64,000 nt of DNA, from the NCBI GenBank assembly GCA_963667725.2, contig CAXXHO010000003.1:1728001-1792000 (forward strand). Reading direction: 5' to 3'. Both the position numbers and the translations under genes were made by a program. Positions 18,827-28,388 of this stretch are shown in pieces (positions within the stretch are counted from its first letter, which is position 1; each line of letters opens with the position of its first letter). The notes beneath the pieces are model-generated. The model was not told where the DNA came from, ran no database searches, and saw only the letters and a program-made list of their open reading frames with translations. The stretch is from Treponemataceae bacterium (GTDB taxonomy: Bacteria; Spirochaetota; Spirochaetia; Treponematales; Rectinemataceae).

Positions 18827-19696
18827 TCAAGGCCGTCTGGTGCGGTGCGTGGCTTCCATCGTCCTCTCGAGGGCTTCGATGGCCGATTCCACATCGCCGG
18901 AGACGATAAGTCTATAGAGGATATCCACGACGGTGAGCTGGCTGAGGCGCGATGTCTCGGCGCCTCGCCTATAGACTCTTTCCGAAGCGGGAACGATGAG
19001 GGGAATATCAGCGAAACCCCGGAGCTTGTTGGCGCCTTCCATGGTCAACGTGATGACGCAGGCTCTCTTCGCCTTAGCCTGCCTCGCCACCTCGAGCATG
19101 GATTCGGTCTCCCCCGAATAGGAAACGATGAAGGCGACCTGCGTATCCTTGAGTGAACAGGCCGCCGTTATCTGCGCGTGAGCGTCGTGCGTGTAGGAAG
19201 CCGGTATGCCGATTCTCAACAGCTTTAAGTGAAAATCAGAGGTTACGATTCCCGACGCGCCGATACCGAACAGCATGGTCAGCGAAGCCTCCCTGATCCT
19301 GGTGGCCGCGAGTTCCAGCATCTCCGGATTGAGCGTACGGGACAGGTCGCCCAGGCTCTGTCTCGCGAAGTCTATCACTTCGCGCATCGCTCTTTCGGCC
19401 GGCGGCTTCGATTCAAGATCAAGGTCGGGCAGGTATTTTTCCTCTTCGTCCCGGAAAACGTCCTTGGCCAGCCAGAGCTTGAACTCGTTGTAGCCGTCGG
19501 CGCCGATGCGTTTGCAGAATCGCACCACCGCGGCGCTGCTGGAAGAGGAATGGCGGGACAGCTCGACAACGTTGAAATGGAGGGCTTTATGAGGCTGATC
19601 CAATACGTAGAGCGCGATCTTCCTCTCGGCTTCCGACATACCGGGAAGCATGCCTCGGATAATGTCCAAGGCGCCCGATTTCACGTTTTCGCTCAT
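18827..19696 (-). CDS. murR: MurR/RpiR-family transcriptional regulator
   Basis: SEAERKIA...VVRFCKRIG HTH plus SIS domain (GIGAS, SYSGET); follows murQ. Confidence 0.85.
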   Translation of the reverse strand: MSENVKSGALDIIRGMLPGMSEAERKIALYVLDQPHKALHFNVVELSRHSSSSSAAVVRFCKRIGADGYNEFKLWLAKDVFRDEEEKYLPDLDLESKPPAERAMREVIDFARQSLGDLSRTLNPEMLELAATRIREASLTMLFGIGASGIVTSDFHLKLLRIGIPASYTHDAHAQITAACSLKDTQVAFIVSYSGETESMLEVARQAKAKRACVITLTMEGANKLRGFADIPLIVPASERVYRRGAETSRLSQLTVVDILYRLIVSGDVESAIEALERTMEATHRTRRP

Positions 19697-19700
19697 CGCC

Positions 19701-20642
19701 TCACCTCCCCTGCCTGGCCTGATCCGCGTGAAGTTTCATCGCTTCCGAGATGCGGCCTCCGCCGTTCGCCGCGAGGTTCACAGCTTCATCCCTGCCGATT
19801 CCCAGCAGAGTCATGAGAATCGCGATCTTGGGCTTTCTACCGGAATTTTCAAAAGCCTGTTCAGCATCCTCCCGGGAGCAGCCAGTGGCCTGGCGAATGA
19901 GGCGCTTCGATCTTTCCACCAGCTTTCTGTTGACGGGCGCGAGATCGACCATGAGATTCCGGTAGACCTTGCCCAGGCGTATCATGCTGGCCGTCGTCAG
20001 CATGTTGAGGACAAGCTTCTGGGCCGTGCCCGCCTTCATTCTCGTGGAACCGGTGATAACTTCAGGTCCAACATCGAGAAGAATCCTGTAGTCGGCGCTT
20101 TCGAAAGTCCTGGACTCCCTGTTGCAGCTTATGGCCCCGACCTTGGCGCCCAGACTCCTGGCATAGTCCATGGCCCCGAGAACGTAGGGAGCTGATCCCG
20201 ACGCGGTGATGCCCACCAGAACGTCGTTCGTCGAAAAACCGATCTCGCGCAGAGCGTTCTCTCCGGCCGCGGGATCGTCTTCGGCGCCTTCCACGGATCG
20301 CCTGAGCGCCACGTCTCCGCCGGCGATCAGGCCGAGCACCATGGACGATGGAACGCCGAAAGTCGGCGGACATTCGGAAGCGTCCAGGACGCCGAGTCTT
20401 CCCGACGTGCCGGCGCCTATATAGACCAGGCGGCCGGAATTCCGGAAAGCGGTCACGACAGCCTCCACGAGGGCGGCTATTTCCGGAAGCGCCCTTTCCA
20501 CCGCGGTCGGCACGGTCTTGTCTTCATCGTTGATGATCGCCAGGATCTCGTTGACCGGGAGAGCGTCGATATTCATCGAGCGATCGTTGCGTGACTCCGT
20601 TGTCGCGTGTTCCAGAGGATCATCACTATGCCGTATATCCAT
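19701..20642 (-). CDS. murQ: N-acetylmuramic acid 6-phosphate etherase
   Basis: TESRN, GAGTSGRLGVLDASECPPTF, GPEVITGSTRMKAGTAQKLVLN. Confidence 0.95.
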   Translation of the reverse strand: MDIRHSDDPLEHATTESRNDRSMNIDALPVNEILAIINDEDKTVPTAVERALPEIAALVEAVVTAFRNSGRLVYIGAGTSGRLGVLDASECPPTFGVPSSMVLGLIAGGDVALRRSVEGAEDDPAAGENALREIGFSTNDVLVGITASGSAPYVLGAMDYARSLGAKVGAISCNRESRTFESADYRILLDVGPEVITGSTRMKAGTAQKLVLNMLTTASMIRLGKVYRNLMVDLAPVNRKLVERSKRLIRQATGCSREDAEQAFENSGRKPKIAILMTLLGIGRDEAVNLAANGGGRISEAMKLHADQARQGR

Positions 20643-20657
20643 CACCTCATCCTTTAC

Positions 20658-20711
20658 GAAATTATATTTCAATATACATTGATCTTTGGCTTTGTAAAGA
20701 AAATAATTTTC
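20658..20711. promoter_or_regulatory. Two GAAA-N5-TTTC palindromes, candidate MurR operators
   Basis: GAAATTATATTTC (20658-20670) and GAAAATAATTTTC (20699-20711) in the AT-rich murQ upstream region. Confidence 0.5.
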
Positions 20712-20777
20712 AAATCTGTTATATATCATGAAAAGACGAGAAAAGGCCATCAGAGAATGTGTTTCATGGAGGTGGAT

Positions 20778-20805
20778 TGAAAAGCCCGGCAAAGCGGGCT
20801 TTTCA
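20778..20805. terminator. Intrinsic terminator-like hairpin
   Basis: TGAAAAGCCCG-gcaaag-CGGGCTTTTCA just after the gene ending at 20820. Confidence 0.65.
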
Positions 20806-20819
20806 GGGACTGCCAATGC

Positions 20820-21296
20820 TCAGATCTTGGTGATATAGGAGGAAATTTCCCTTCTCCAGGGCTGTTTTTCCCCTTCTTTTTCCCAGCGGATTCGGCGCTT
20901 CACGATAAAAGCGCCGTCGTTTCCGCTCTTGAAGCCGACGACGCCGAAGCATCCGGCGCCAAGGTACGCTATTTTCTCTCCGGCCTCGAGAGGTTCGGCC
21001 GCGGTAACGCGCTCAAGCGCGCAGTCAAAATGAACCGGTTCGCCTGATTCCCTGTCTCCGATGGCTCCGGCCAAATCGAAAATGGGTTTCCCGCAGATCG
21101 CGCAGTTCTTGACCGGAAGGGCTTTCTTGGGTTCTTCCTTGCGGATACCCAGGGTGGAAGCGTCGCGCTGACCGCGAATGGGTTGCCCTGGCTGCGTTCG
21201 AAGGTGCCCGCCATGTCTTGGCGGACCCGATCTCTGGGAAGGTCGCTTTCCCCCCTCGCCGGGCTGACCGGAATTCTTAGCGTTATTGTTCATCAT
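20820..21296 (-). CDS. Hypothetical protein with CxxC...HxxC putative zinc site
   Basis: Low-complexity basic N-terminus; CAICGKPI...VHFDC. Confidence 0.7.
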   Translation of the reverse strand: MMNNNAKNSGQPGEGGKRPSQRSGPPRHGGHLRTQPGQPIRGQRDASTLGIRKEEPKKALPVKNCAICGKPIFDLAGAIGDRESGEPVHFDCALERVTAAEPLEAGEKIAYLGAGCFGVVGFKSGNDGAFIVKRRIRWEKEGEKQPWRREISSYITKI

Positions 21297-21513
21297 TACC
21301 CTTCTTTTTCAGCGTACTTGTCAGGAAATTGGCGATCCGCGTAACCGCGCCATCGACGTAGGTATCGTCATCCAATTTATGACGCATCTCATGGAGCTTG
21401 TAAATGTCCTGACGCGTGGAGCCGGCGAGCAGACGATCCGTCGCGTGGCTGTTCCCGGGATTGGAACCTGCCCATGAGAGCGGATCCCTGCCGGATATTT
21501 CTTTTTTATTCAT
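21283..21513 (-). CDS. Small hypothetical protein (weak FlgM-like C-terminus)
   Basis: 76 aa, overlapping both neighbours (translational coupling). Confidence 0.6.
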   Translation of the reverse strand: MNKKEISGRDPLSWAGSNPGNSHATDRLLAGSTRQDIYKLHEMRHKLDDDTYVDGAVTRIANFLTSTLKKKGNDEQ

Positions 21514-21878
21514 ACCGTCTCGTCGAACGCTCCTTCGTATCGCATAGGCTCTCTGCCGAGAGAAAGAAGAAAAACGTCGTATCGAATTTTCTTCCCACTA
21601 TATTGTCGATACTTTGAGAGGAAAATTTTAGAGGTTTCGATAATTCTCCCGGTTTTCCCTCTGTCGATGGCGTCGCGAAGCTCCATGGAACCGTTCCGGT
21701 TCCAGCGCTTCACCTCCACGAAGGCGACGAGTTCCCCTTTCACGGCGATAAGGTCTATTTCGCCCCGGCCCGCCCTGAAATTGCGCGCGAGAATAGTCCA
21801 GCCTTCCCTTTCGAGAAGGGCGTTTACGCGATCCTCGCCAGCTCGGCCTAAAGCGCAGGAAGAATCTTTGCCGTCCAT
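21510..21878 (-). CDS. yraN: YraN (UPF0102) endonuclease-like protein
   Basis: GRAGED, ILARNFR...GEIDLIA...FVEVK, RYDV. Confidence 0.9.
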   Translation of the reverse strand: MDGKDSSCALGRAGEDRVNALLEREGWTILARNFRAGRGEIDLIAVKGELVAFVEVKRWNRNGSMELRDAIDRGKTGRIIETSKIFLSKYRQYSGKKIRYDVFLLSLGREPMRYEGAFDETV

Positions 21879-21921
21879 GTCATATATACGGGCGAGCACC
21901 GGCGCGGCGATTCAAAAAAGC

Positions 21922-21948
21922 AAAAAAACCCGGCCAGCGCCGGGTTTT
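21922..21948 (-). terminator. Intrinsic terminator after rplS
   Basis: Minus strand AAAACCCGGC-gctg-GCCGGGTTTTTTT. Confidence 0.75.
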
Positions 21949-21994
21949 CTGCGGTAAGTCGGCCCGAAGACGAGTCTTCGGCCGCCGAACAAGC

Positions 21995-22363
21995 CTATTC
22001 GGCCTTCTCGACCTTCTTGGAAATGATGAGTTCCTTGACCTTGGATTTCTTGCCGACCTTGGTGCGGATGTAGTAGAGCTTGGCCCTTCTCACCTTGCCG
22101 CGGCGGAGCACTTCCACGTTCTCGACGCGCGGTGAATTGAGCGGAAAAACGCGCTCAACGCCGACGCCGTAGGAAGTCTTGCGGACCGTGAAGGTTTTGG
22201 CGACGCCGCCGTTCTTGATCGCAATGACGAGGCCTTCATATGCCTGAACACGCTCTGTCTTGCCTTCCACGATTTTAAAGCTCACGCGAACGGTGTCACC
22301 CACGTTGAACGCGGGGAGCTCACTCTTGATCTGTTCGGCTTGAATGGACTGTACCAGGTTCAT
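21995..22363 (-). CDS. rplS: 50S ribosomal protein L19
   Basis: [26 protein letters not shown]. Confidence 0.97.
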   Translation of the reverse strand: MNLVQSIQAEQIKSELPAFNVGDTVRVSFKIVEGKTERVQAYEGLVIAIKNGGVAKTFTVRKTSYGVGVERVFPLNSPRVENVEVLRRGKVRRAKLYYIRTKVGKKSKVKELIISKKVEKAE

Positions 22364-23090
22364 GCCATCCCCCTTCATCGATTATTTCACGCAATAATCC
22401 GCCCACTTCTTTGGGCAGTTTGTCATCGGACAAAAGCTCGGGTCGGTAGGCCAGCGTTTTCGCAATGCTTGCCTTGAGCCTCCACCGCGCGATTTGTGCA
22501 TGGTTCCCCGACAAAACAACGTCAGGGACCCGCATAGTAGCATAATTCGCGGGGCGTGTATACTGGGGATACTCGAGAAGCCCCTTCGAGAAACTCTCTT
22601 CATCGAGCGATTCTCCCGAAATAACGCCGGGCCTTAGCCGGTAAATCGCGTCGACGAGAACCATGGCCGCGATCTCTCCGCTCGACAGAACATAGTCGCC
22701 TATGGAGATTTCATCGGTCACTCTGGTGTCGATGACGCGCTGATCCACGCCTTCGTAGCGGCCGCAGAGGATCACGAGATGTTCCTCGCGCGAAAGCTCG
22801 GCAGCCAGCTTCTGGTTGAAGAGCCTTCCCGAAGGGGTGACGAAGACGGTGCGCAGGGTTGGCGAGCCGACGGCTTCCAGCGCCCTGTCGAGGGGCTCGG
22901 GCTTCATCAGCATGCCGGCGCCGCCGCCGAACACCTCGTCGTCGCATTTATGGTGCTTGTCGGTGGCGTAATCCCTGAAATTCACGAGTGAATACTCGAT
23001 CAGCCCGCTCGCGACCGCGCGCTTCATGATCGAGGCGTCGAAATAGGCCTGTACGATTTCAGGAAAGATCGTCAGAATCGTAAACTTCAT
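22320..23090 (-). CDS. trmD: tRNA (guanine-N1)-methyltransferase
   Basis: [38 protein letters not shown]. Confidence 0.96.
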   Translation of the reverse strand: MKFTILTIFPEIVQAYFDASIMKRAVASGLIEYSLVNFRDYATDKHHKCDDEVFGGGAGMLMKPEPLDRALEAVGSPTLRTVFVTPSGRLFNQKLAAELSREEHLVILCGRYEGVDQRVIDTRVTDEISIGDYVLSSGEIAAMVLVDAIYRLRPGVISGESLDEESFSKGLLEYPQYTRPANYATMRVPDVVLSGNHAQIARWRLKASIAKTLAYRPELLSDDKLPKEVGGLLREIIDEGGWHEPGTVHSSRTDQE

Positions 23091-23701
23091 TCCAGAAGCC
23101 ATCCCGCGAGAAGTTCCATGGATCCGGATTCGCCGTCCACCTTTCCGATGAACTCGTTCCTGAAGGGAACGAGGACCTGCGATCCCAAAGCCGGGGGCTT
23201 ATCCTCGCCCGAGGTTTTGGCCGAGAAGGCGCCGGAGGCAGTGTTGGAGGCGGGATTGGAGGCGGCCCTTCTTGCGAGCACCTTCACCTCGAGAAGAGGG
23301 TCGGCCCCGCCATCCAGCACGCCCATGACCTCTCCGACGGCAAGGCCGTCCAGCATGAGCTTCATGCCGATGAGATCGTGGATATACCATTCATTGCTTT
23401 TTAGTGGACTCACGCGATCTCTTGGAAGGAATAGCTCCAGACCTGTCAGGGCGCGCGCTTTCTCGGGCGTATCGTAGCCTTCGAAGGCGAAGCTCAAGCC
23501 CCAGTCGCCCGACTCGGCGGATTGGATTTTCATCATTTTCGCCAATTCAGGTTTTTTGTCGGGAGCCGCGAGAATCGTCGTGAGGCCTTTCAGATGGCTA
23601 TATTCGCCGGAATAGCTATGCAGCTTCAGGAACCCATTGAGACCGCGCGGGGCCCCAAGCTTGGCGACGGCCAAAAGTTCCTTGTCAGCGGCTTTATTCA
23701 T
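23087..23701 (-). CDS. rimM: Ribosome maturation factor RimM
   Basis: PRGLNG, WYIHDLIGM, LVPF; position between khpA and trmD. Confidence 0.92.
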   Translation of the reverse strand: MNKAADKELLAVAKLGAPRGLNGFLKLHSYSGEYSHLKGLTTILAAPDKKPELAKMMKIQSAESGDWGLSFAFEGYDTPEKARALTGLELFLPRDRVSPLKSNEWYIHDLIGMKLMLDGLAVGEVMGVLDGGADPLLEVKVLARRAASNPASNTASGAFSAKTSGEDKPPALGSQVLVPFRNEFIGKVDGESGSMELLAGWLLE

Positions 23702-23710
23702 GGGAGGCGT

Positions 23711-23944
23711 TCAGTCCAGAATCTCCAGGATCACACGCTTGGACTGTGCGGAAGCGCAGGCTGAGAGGATCGTCCGGATGGCTCTGGCGATCCGGCCGTT
23801 TTTGCCGATCACCTTGCCGATGTCGGCGTCGGCGACCTTGAGCTCAAGGATCGTCGATTTCTCGCCTTCGATAACCTTGATGTCTACGGCATCGGGTTCG
23901 TCGACGAGGGATTTTACGATATATTCTACTAAATCACGTTCCAC
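23711..23944 (-). CDS. khpA: KH-domain RNA-binding protein
   Basis: DIGKVIGKNGRIARAIRT. Confidence 0.9.
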   Translation of the reverse strand: MERDLVEYIVKSLVDEPDAVDIKVIEGEKSTILELKVADADIGKVIGKNGRIARAIRTILSACASAQSKRVILEILD

Positions 23945-24009
23945 TTCGTACTCCTTGGCAAAAAAAAGCGCCGGTCGGCTGTATGGGCCGAAAATTCGGC
24001 CCTCACTGC

Positions 24010-24261
24010 CTATTTGACCTGGATATTTTTCTTGTTGAGCAGGGAGCGAACGGTATCCGAAGGCTGGGCGCCGCGTGCGAGCCAGAATTTCGCCTTTTCC
24101 TCATCGATTCGAATCTGCTTTTCTTCGATTTCGATGGGATGATAGAGGCCGATTTCATCGATGGTTCTGCTGTCGCGGGGCGATCTAGCGTCCATGATGA
24201 CTATTCGATAAAAAGGACGGGCTTTCGCTCCGAATTTCTTGAGCCTTATCTTAACGCTCAC
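24010..24261 (-). CDS. rpsP: 30S ribosomal protein S16
   Basis: VKIRL...PFYRIV...PRD...[11 protein letters not shown] start after AGGAGG. Confidence 0.96.
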   Translation of the reverse strand: MSVKIRLKKFGAKARPFYRIVIMDARSPRDSRTIDEIGLYHPIEIEEKQIRIDEEKAKFWLARGAQPSDTVRSLLNKKNIQVK

Positions 24262-24351
24262 GGATTCCTCCTGAACTTTATGGAAAATTGGACCCTGCTT
24301 GAGACACACGTACCCCCGGCTCAGGATCCGAATCGGGGATTAGCGCTCTGA

Positions 24352-24380
24352 TTTATAACCCAACGCCGCCATAAAGTCAA
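24352..24380 (-). promoter_or_regulatory. sigma70-type promoter of the rpsP operon
   Basis: TTGACT-17nt-TATAAA. Confidence 0.6.
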
Positions 24381-24398
24381 CTCACCACGGGGAATGTC

Positions 24399-25739
24399 TC
24401 AGGAACCGAGGCATTCCCTTATGGTCAGCTTTCTCGCGCCGCGAGCCGGAAGGGCGGCGGCCAGAAGCGGGAAGGCGGCGCTCATGGCCGAAATGGCCAA
24501 AAGCCGCATCGGGAACAGTTGGGGCCTGATGGAATCCGGAAAATTGGCGCCTATTTCCGAAAACTCGAAGCGGAGTCCGAGGCCGGAAACCTGCAGAATC
24601 CAGATCGCCAGCATGCCGAGCCCCAGGGCGGCGAGAGCGGCGGCCAACGAGGTGATCAGCGTCTCAGCGTAGATGAGGGCGCCCGCCTGCCGAGAACTGA
24701 GCGCGATGGCCCGCAGCGTCCCGAGGTCCCGCACGCGGTCCTGCACCGACAGAAGAATGGCGTTGGTCATGCCTACGCCGGCGACGAGCACGAAAATCGC
24801 CATCATTCCGGCCAGGAAGATATCCAGGAACTCGAACATGGCGGCGTAGCTCGAGGAAATCGCCGAGAAAGGACGCGCTTCGAGGTTCGCGTTCCCCTTC
24901 AGCGCGGCCATGACCGACCGGACGGCGGCCGGCTCGGCCTCGCTGCCCAGCGGTTTCATCGCGTCGCCCGAGACGAACCACAGCGAGATCGCGGCGGCCT
25001 TCCCCTCCAAGCCAAAAACGGGAGCGAAGCTGGCAAGGTCCACGACGCAGCCGGTTCCCTCGGGCAGCGAAGCCTCGCGGACTACGCCTATGATCTTCGT
25101 CTCCATCATGGAAAAGGAACCGTAGGCGTCGTTTCCGAGAAGAATGAGGGAATCGCCGACCGTCAGGCCGAGCCTGCCCGCGAATTTCTCGTCGAGGAGG
25201 GCTCCCTGTTCGGCCGGATCGAGGAAATAGTGGCCGGCCACGATGGCTGACCTGGCATCGGAGAGCATGGGATTGGACGGGGCGAGCGCCGAAGCCTGTG
25301 CCGCTGCCGGCGCCCGTCCCTTGGGTGAAACGCGCGCGTAGGGTTCGGCGGCGAGGACGGCCGCGGGTTTGGAAGTCTCGCCGTTGGAGAGCATGCATCC
25401 CGTCAACGCCGAGGGGGACAGGATGATCCCCGTTCCGGGAGTCGCCGCGGCCGCGGCGGCCGACAGCATGGTCTCCATGACACCGTCGGCGTTGTCGATG
25501 ACAAGATCCATGGGCATCGCCTCGGCGGAATCCATATAGCCTGCCGCGTGGACATCCAGATGGCCGCTTTGGCTTACGACCCTTTCGATGGAGGAAGCCG
25601 CGAAGCCCTTCATATAGGCGTCGATCAGCATGATGCAGAAGGCGCCGCAGAAAAGAATGAGAAAAGACTGGATTGTCCGCTTGCGGTAGCGGAGCACATT
25701 GCGCCAGGCAAGGAACAGTACAAGCTTGATAGAGTTCAT
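24399..25739 (-). CDS. ABC transporter permease (FtsX/LolE-like)
   Basis: LAWRNVLR..KRT, large periplasmic loop, NAILLSVQDR.RDLGTLRAI. Confidence 0.85.
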   Translation of the reverse strand: MNSIKLVLFLAWRNVLRYRKRTIQSFLILFCGAFCIMLIDAYMKGFAASSIERVVSQSGHLDVHAAGYMDSAEAMPMDLVIDNADGVMETMLSAAAAAATPGTGIILSPSALTGCMLSNGETSKPAAVLAAEPYARVSPKGRAPAAAQASALAPSNPMLSDARSAIVAGHYFLDPAEQGALLDEKFAGRLGLTVGDSLILLGNDAYGSFSMMETKIIGVVREASLPEGTGCVVDLASFAPVFGLEGKAAAISLWFVSGDAMKPLGSEAEPAAVRSVMAALKGNANLEARPFSAISSSYAAMFEFLDIFLAGMMAIFVLVAGVGMTNAILLSVQDRVRDLGTLRAIALSSRQAGALIYAETLITSLAAALAALGLGMLAIWILQVSGLGLRFEFSEIGANFPDSIRPQLFPMRLLAISAMSAAFPLLAAALPARGARKLTIRECLGS

Positions 25740-25751
25740 GTCGTCTCCATG

Positions 25752-26918
25752 TTAGAAGAAATACTCTAGGGAAAGTCCGGCAAGGTACTCGTTCGCGAGC
25801 TGCGGCGTCCATTTCTCGGGACGGTAGTTCCAGGCGGCTTTTACGTGAAGTACGAGAAAATCGCCTATGTTCCAGGCGGATTCGAGCGCAATTCTAGCAG
25901 CCAACGTGTCAAAATCGACCAACGCTGATAGTGAAGCGGCGTTGTCGTCGACATTTCTCGAAAGCTGCGTGAATCCCTGCCAGCCATATCCCGGATTCGC
26001 ATAACTCGCTTCGACGAAGGCGAAGAAATTGCCTATCCTGCGGTTCACGCTGAGGGCCCAGCCGTATCCATTTTCAGTCTCTGAGGAGACGGAAGCGCCA
26101 GGAAGCGAAAGTTCTCCGTAACCGGGGCTTCTCAGCGTCCCCTCGGCCCCGATCACGAAGCCGGCGAGATCCGCGCTGAGCCAGAGGCCACCCGCCGTGG
26201 GGACCTTCCCTCCCAGCGCCGCCTTGCCCAGGCGGCGGAAGTCCCCAGAGATGCCTACCTCCGTCGTGCCCAGGACTCCTGAGTCAGGCGCGTAGAAGAT
26301 GATCCGGCCATGGGCGCTCGACTCCCCGATGTCGAAAGGGCTGCCGACCGACGATGAACCTGCCACGTCGGAAGGAAGCAACAAAGCGGCGTCCACGACG
26401 AGGGAATAGGGAAGGTCCTGTCCGCCCTTCGCGGCGAGGAGCGGCTGCATTTCCAGCGCCAGGCCGTCGAGCCCTACCTTGTTGGCGCGGCTGTCGAAGG
26501 GACTTTTGGCGACGAGAGAATTCGCGGGATTGAAGGCGACGCAGGGCCCGTACCGCAGTGGGAAGCGGCCGAGGCGCAGGCTCGCGAAGGAGGCTGGGCT
26601 CCATTCTCCCCAAGCTTCGTCCAGGGAAATATCCCAGCTTCCCGTCGCTGCGTCGAAGCGGGTCCATAGCTCAGCGAAAAAGCGGGCTTTGTCGCCGGCC
26701 TGGGACAGCCGCGCCGTCGCCGAAGTCTGGGAATACCAGTCCCTCGTCGAGCCATCGGGGATGTCACTCCGGAATCCTATGTACCCAGTCTCGTTCAGCA
26801 GCGAGCCGGAAAGCTTTAGTGCCGCGTCGCCGTTCTGCGCCGACACCGTCGCGACGAGCGCGCCCAACGCGAGGCAGAAAAGGAGCGCAAAGCTCCGGGT
26901 TTGCATGTCGTGTTTCAT
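25752..26918 (-). CDS. Exported, probable outer-membrane beta-barrel protein
   Basis: Signal peptide, DEAW...LRLGR..G...NP motif, amphipathic strands, C-terminal Phe. Confidence 0.65.
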   Translation of the reverse strand: MKHDMQTRSFALLFCLALGALVATVSAQNGDAALKLSGSLLNETGYIGFRSDIPDGSTRDWYSQTSATARLSQAGDKARFFAELWTRFDAATGSWDISLDEAWGEWSPASFASLRLGRFPLRYGPCVAFNPANSLVAKSPFDSRANKVGLDGLALEMQPLLAAKGGQDLPYSLVVDAALLLPSDVAGSSSVGSPFDIGESSAHGRIIFYAPDSGVLGTTEVGISGDFRRLGKAALGGKVPTAGGLWLSADLAGFVIGAEGTLRSPGYGELSLPGASVSSETENGYGWALSVNRRIGNFFAFVEASYANPGYGWQGFTQLSRNVDDNAASLSALVDFDTLAARIALESAWNIGDFLVLHVKAAWNYRPEKWTPQLANEYLAGLSLEYFF

Positions 26919-27613
26919 GCTATGTGGTCCTCCACGACCTCGATGCGCGTTATGCGCCCGTCCTCCAGGTAGACTCGCCGGTCGAGATAGGGCAGAACGC
27001 GCGGGTCGTGGGTCGAAAGGAGAAAGGTAGTCTTCATTTCGTGGTTCATCTCGTGCATTAATTCCAGCACGTTCCGCCCGTTTTCTCCGTCAAGGTTTGC
27101 GGTCGGTTCGTCGGCGAGGACGAGGCGCGGCTTGATGATGAGCGCGCGGGCTATCGCTACGCGCTGACGCTGCCCACCCGAAAGCTCGTCGGGACGCTGA
27201 TAGGCTTCTCGCGTGAGGCCTACGCGCTTGAGCAGCGCGAGCGCCCGCTCTCTCCTCTCCTTTTTGGGCACGCCCTGGGCCATGAGGGGAAGTTCCACGT
27301 TTTCCAGGGCGGTCAGCACTGGGATGAGACTGAATGACTGAAAAATAAAGCCAATATCCCTGCGGCGGAGAGCCGTGCGCGCGTTGTCGTCCAGATCGCC
27401 GATTTCTTCCTCGTCGATCGAGACGGTCCCGGAAGTTGCCAGGTCTATGCCGCCCAGTATGTTGAGAAGCGTGGTCTTGCCCGAGCCCGAAGGGCCGACG
27501 ATGCCGATGATTTCCGGCGTATCGATGCTGAGATCGATGCCCCTCAGGGCTTCGACACTTGTGTGGCCAAGCCTGTAGGATTTCATCAGATTGCGGATTT
27601 CTATCTTACTCAT
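26915..27613 (-). CDS. ABC transporter ATP-binding protein (LolD/MacB-like)
   Basis: GPSGSGKT, LSGGQRQRVA, LADEPTANLD, THD. Confidence 0.92.
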   Translation of the reverse strand: MSKIEIRNLMKSYRLGHTSVEALRGIDLSIDTPEIIGIVGPSGSGKTTLLNILGGIDLATSGTVSIDEEEIGDLDDNARTALRRRDIGFIFQSFSLIPVLTALENVELPLMAQGVPKKERRERALALLKRVGLTREAYQRPDELSGGQRQRVAIARALIIKPRLVLADEPTANLDGENGRNVLELMHEMNHEMKTTFLLSTHDPRVLPYLDRRVYLEDGRITRIEVVEDHIA

Positions 27614-27620
27614 AATTTCC

Positions 27621-28373
27621 TCAATTCCCCAAGGAGGCTGGAGTCAGCCTGAAGCGATTGACCGGCTCTTCGCTGATCCGCTCGAAAATGACCGAACTCG
27701 CGTCGCCCGGCTTCATCAGATCGACGATCGCCATGACCGAAGGGCGCGGCTTTCCGCCGAAGTTCTTCACGGCGGAGAAATTCACCCTTTTGGATTCCTT
27801 CCCGGATCGGGAGTAGTAGACCATGCTCGCCGGCAGAAAGTCCCTTCCGATCCTGGCCGCGATTTTCTGGTAGGGAAGGCCCGAGGTCTTCGCCGTCATC
27901 ACGATGTCCCAGCCGCTTTCGTCGCTCGCGGCGATGACCGATGCGTAGTCGTCGCTCTTGTCCAGATTCATCACGTCGTCATTGGTGAAGGAAGTGCCCA
28001 TGAAGGCGTCTTTGCCCGAAAGGCGCACGGGCTTGGAGACGGCCGGCGACGACATCCACATGGACGAGCCGCTCATGAGCACACATTTGCCGCGGTCTCG
28101 CGCCGGTTCCTCGAAATCCATGCGGGTGCCCAGGCCCTTCACATAGTCCACGCTCGCCTTGAGCGACTTGGCCTTTCCGCCCGCCTTGACGTCCTCGATT
28201 CGGATAACCATCCGGCACTCCGTGAAATTCATGCGGCGGTCCATCTCGGCGATGATCTCGTCCGCTTTCATTTCCTGGGCGGCGAGCTGAGCGCGCGGCA
28301 GGAAAACGGAAATAAAAAGCAAAAAACCGACGATAAGGAAACATAGGGTCGACGGTATTCTATTGGTTTTCAT
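27621..28373 (-). CDS. Outer-membrane lipoprotein-sorting (LolA-like) protein
   Basis: Signal peptide; F..P..DRG...L.....W...P....VRLS....FMGTSFTNDD. Confidence 0.8.
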   Translation of the reverse strand: MKTNRIPSTLCFLIVGFLLFISVFLPRAQLAAQEMKADEIIAEMDRRMNFTECRMVIRIEDVKAGGKAKSLKASVDYVKGLGTRMDFEEPARDRGKCVLMSGSSMWMSSPAVSKPVRLSGKDAFMGTSFTNDDVMNLDKSDDYASVIAASDESGWDIVMTAKTSGLPYQKIAARIGRDFLPASMVYYSRSGKESKRVNFSAVKNFGGKPRPSVMAIVDLMKPGDASSVIFERISEEPVNRFRLTPASLGN

Positions 28374-28388
28374 GATAGCTCCTTGGTA

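Noticed and set aside
22320..22363. 44-bp trmD/rplS overlap as a frameshift or recoding site
   Set aside because: Both proteins are complete; this is a simple C-terminal run-on within a conserved operon.
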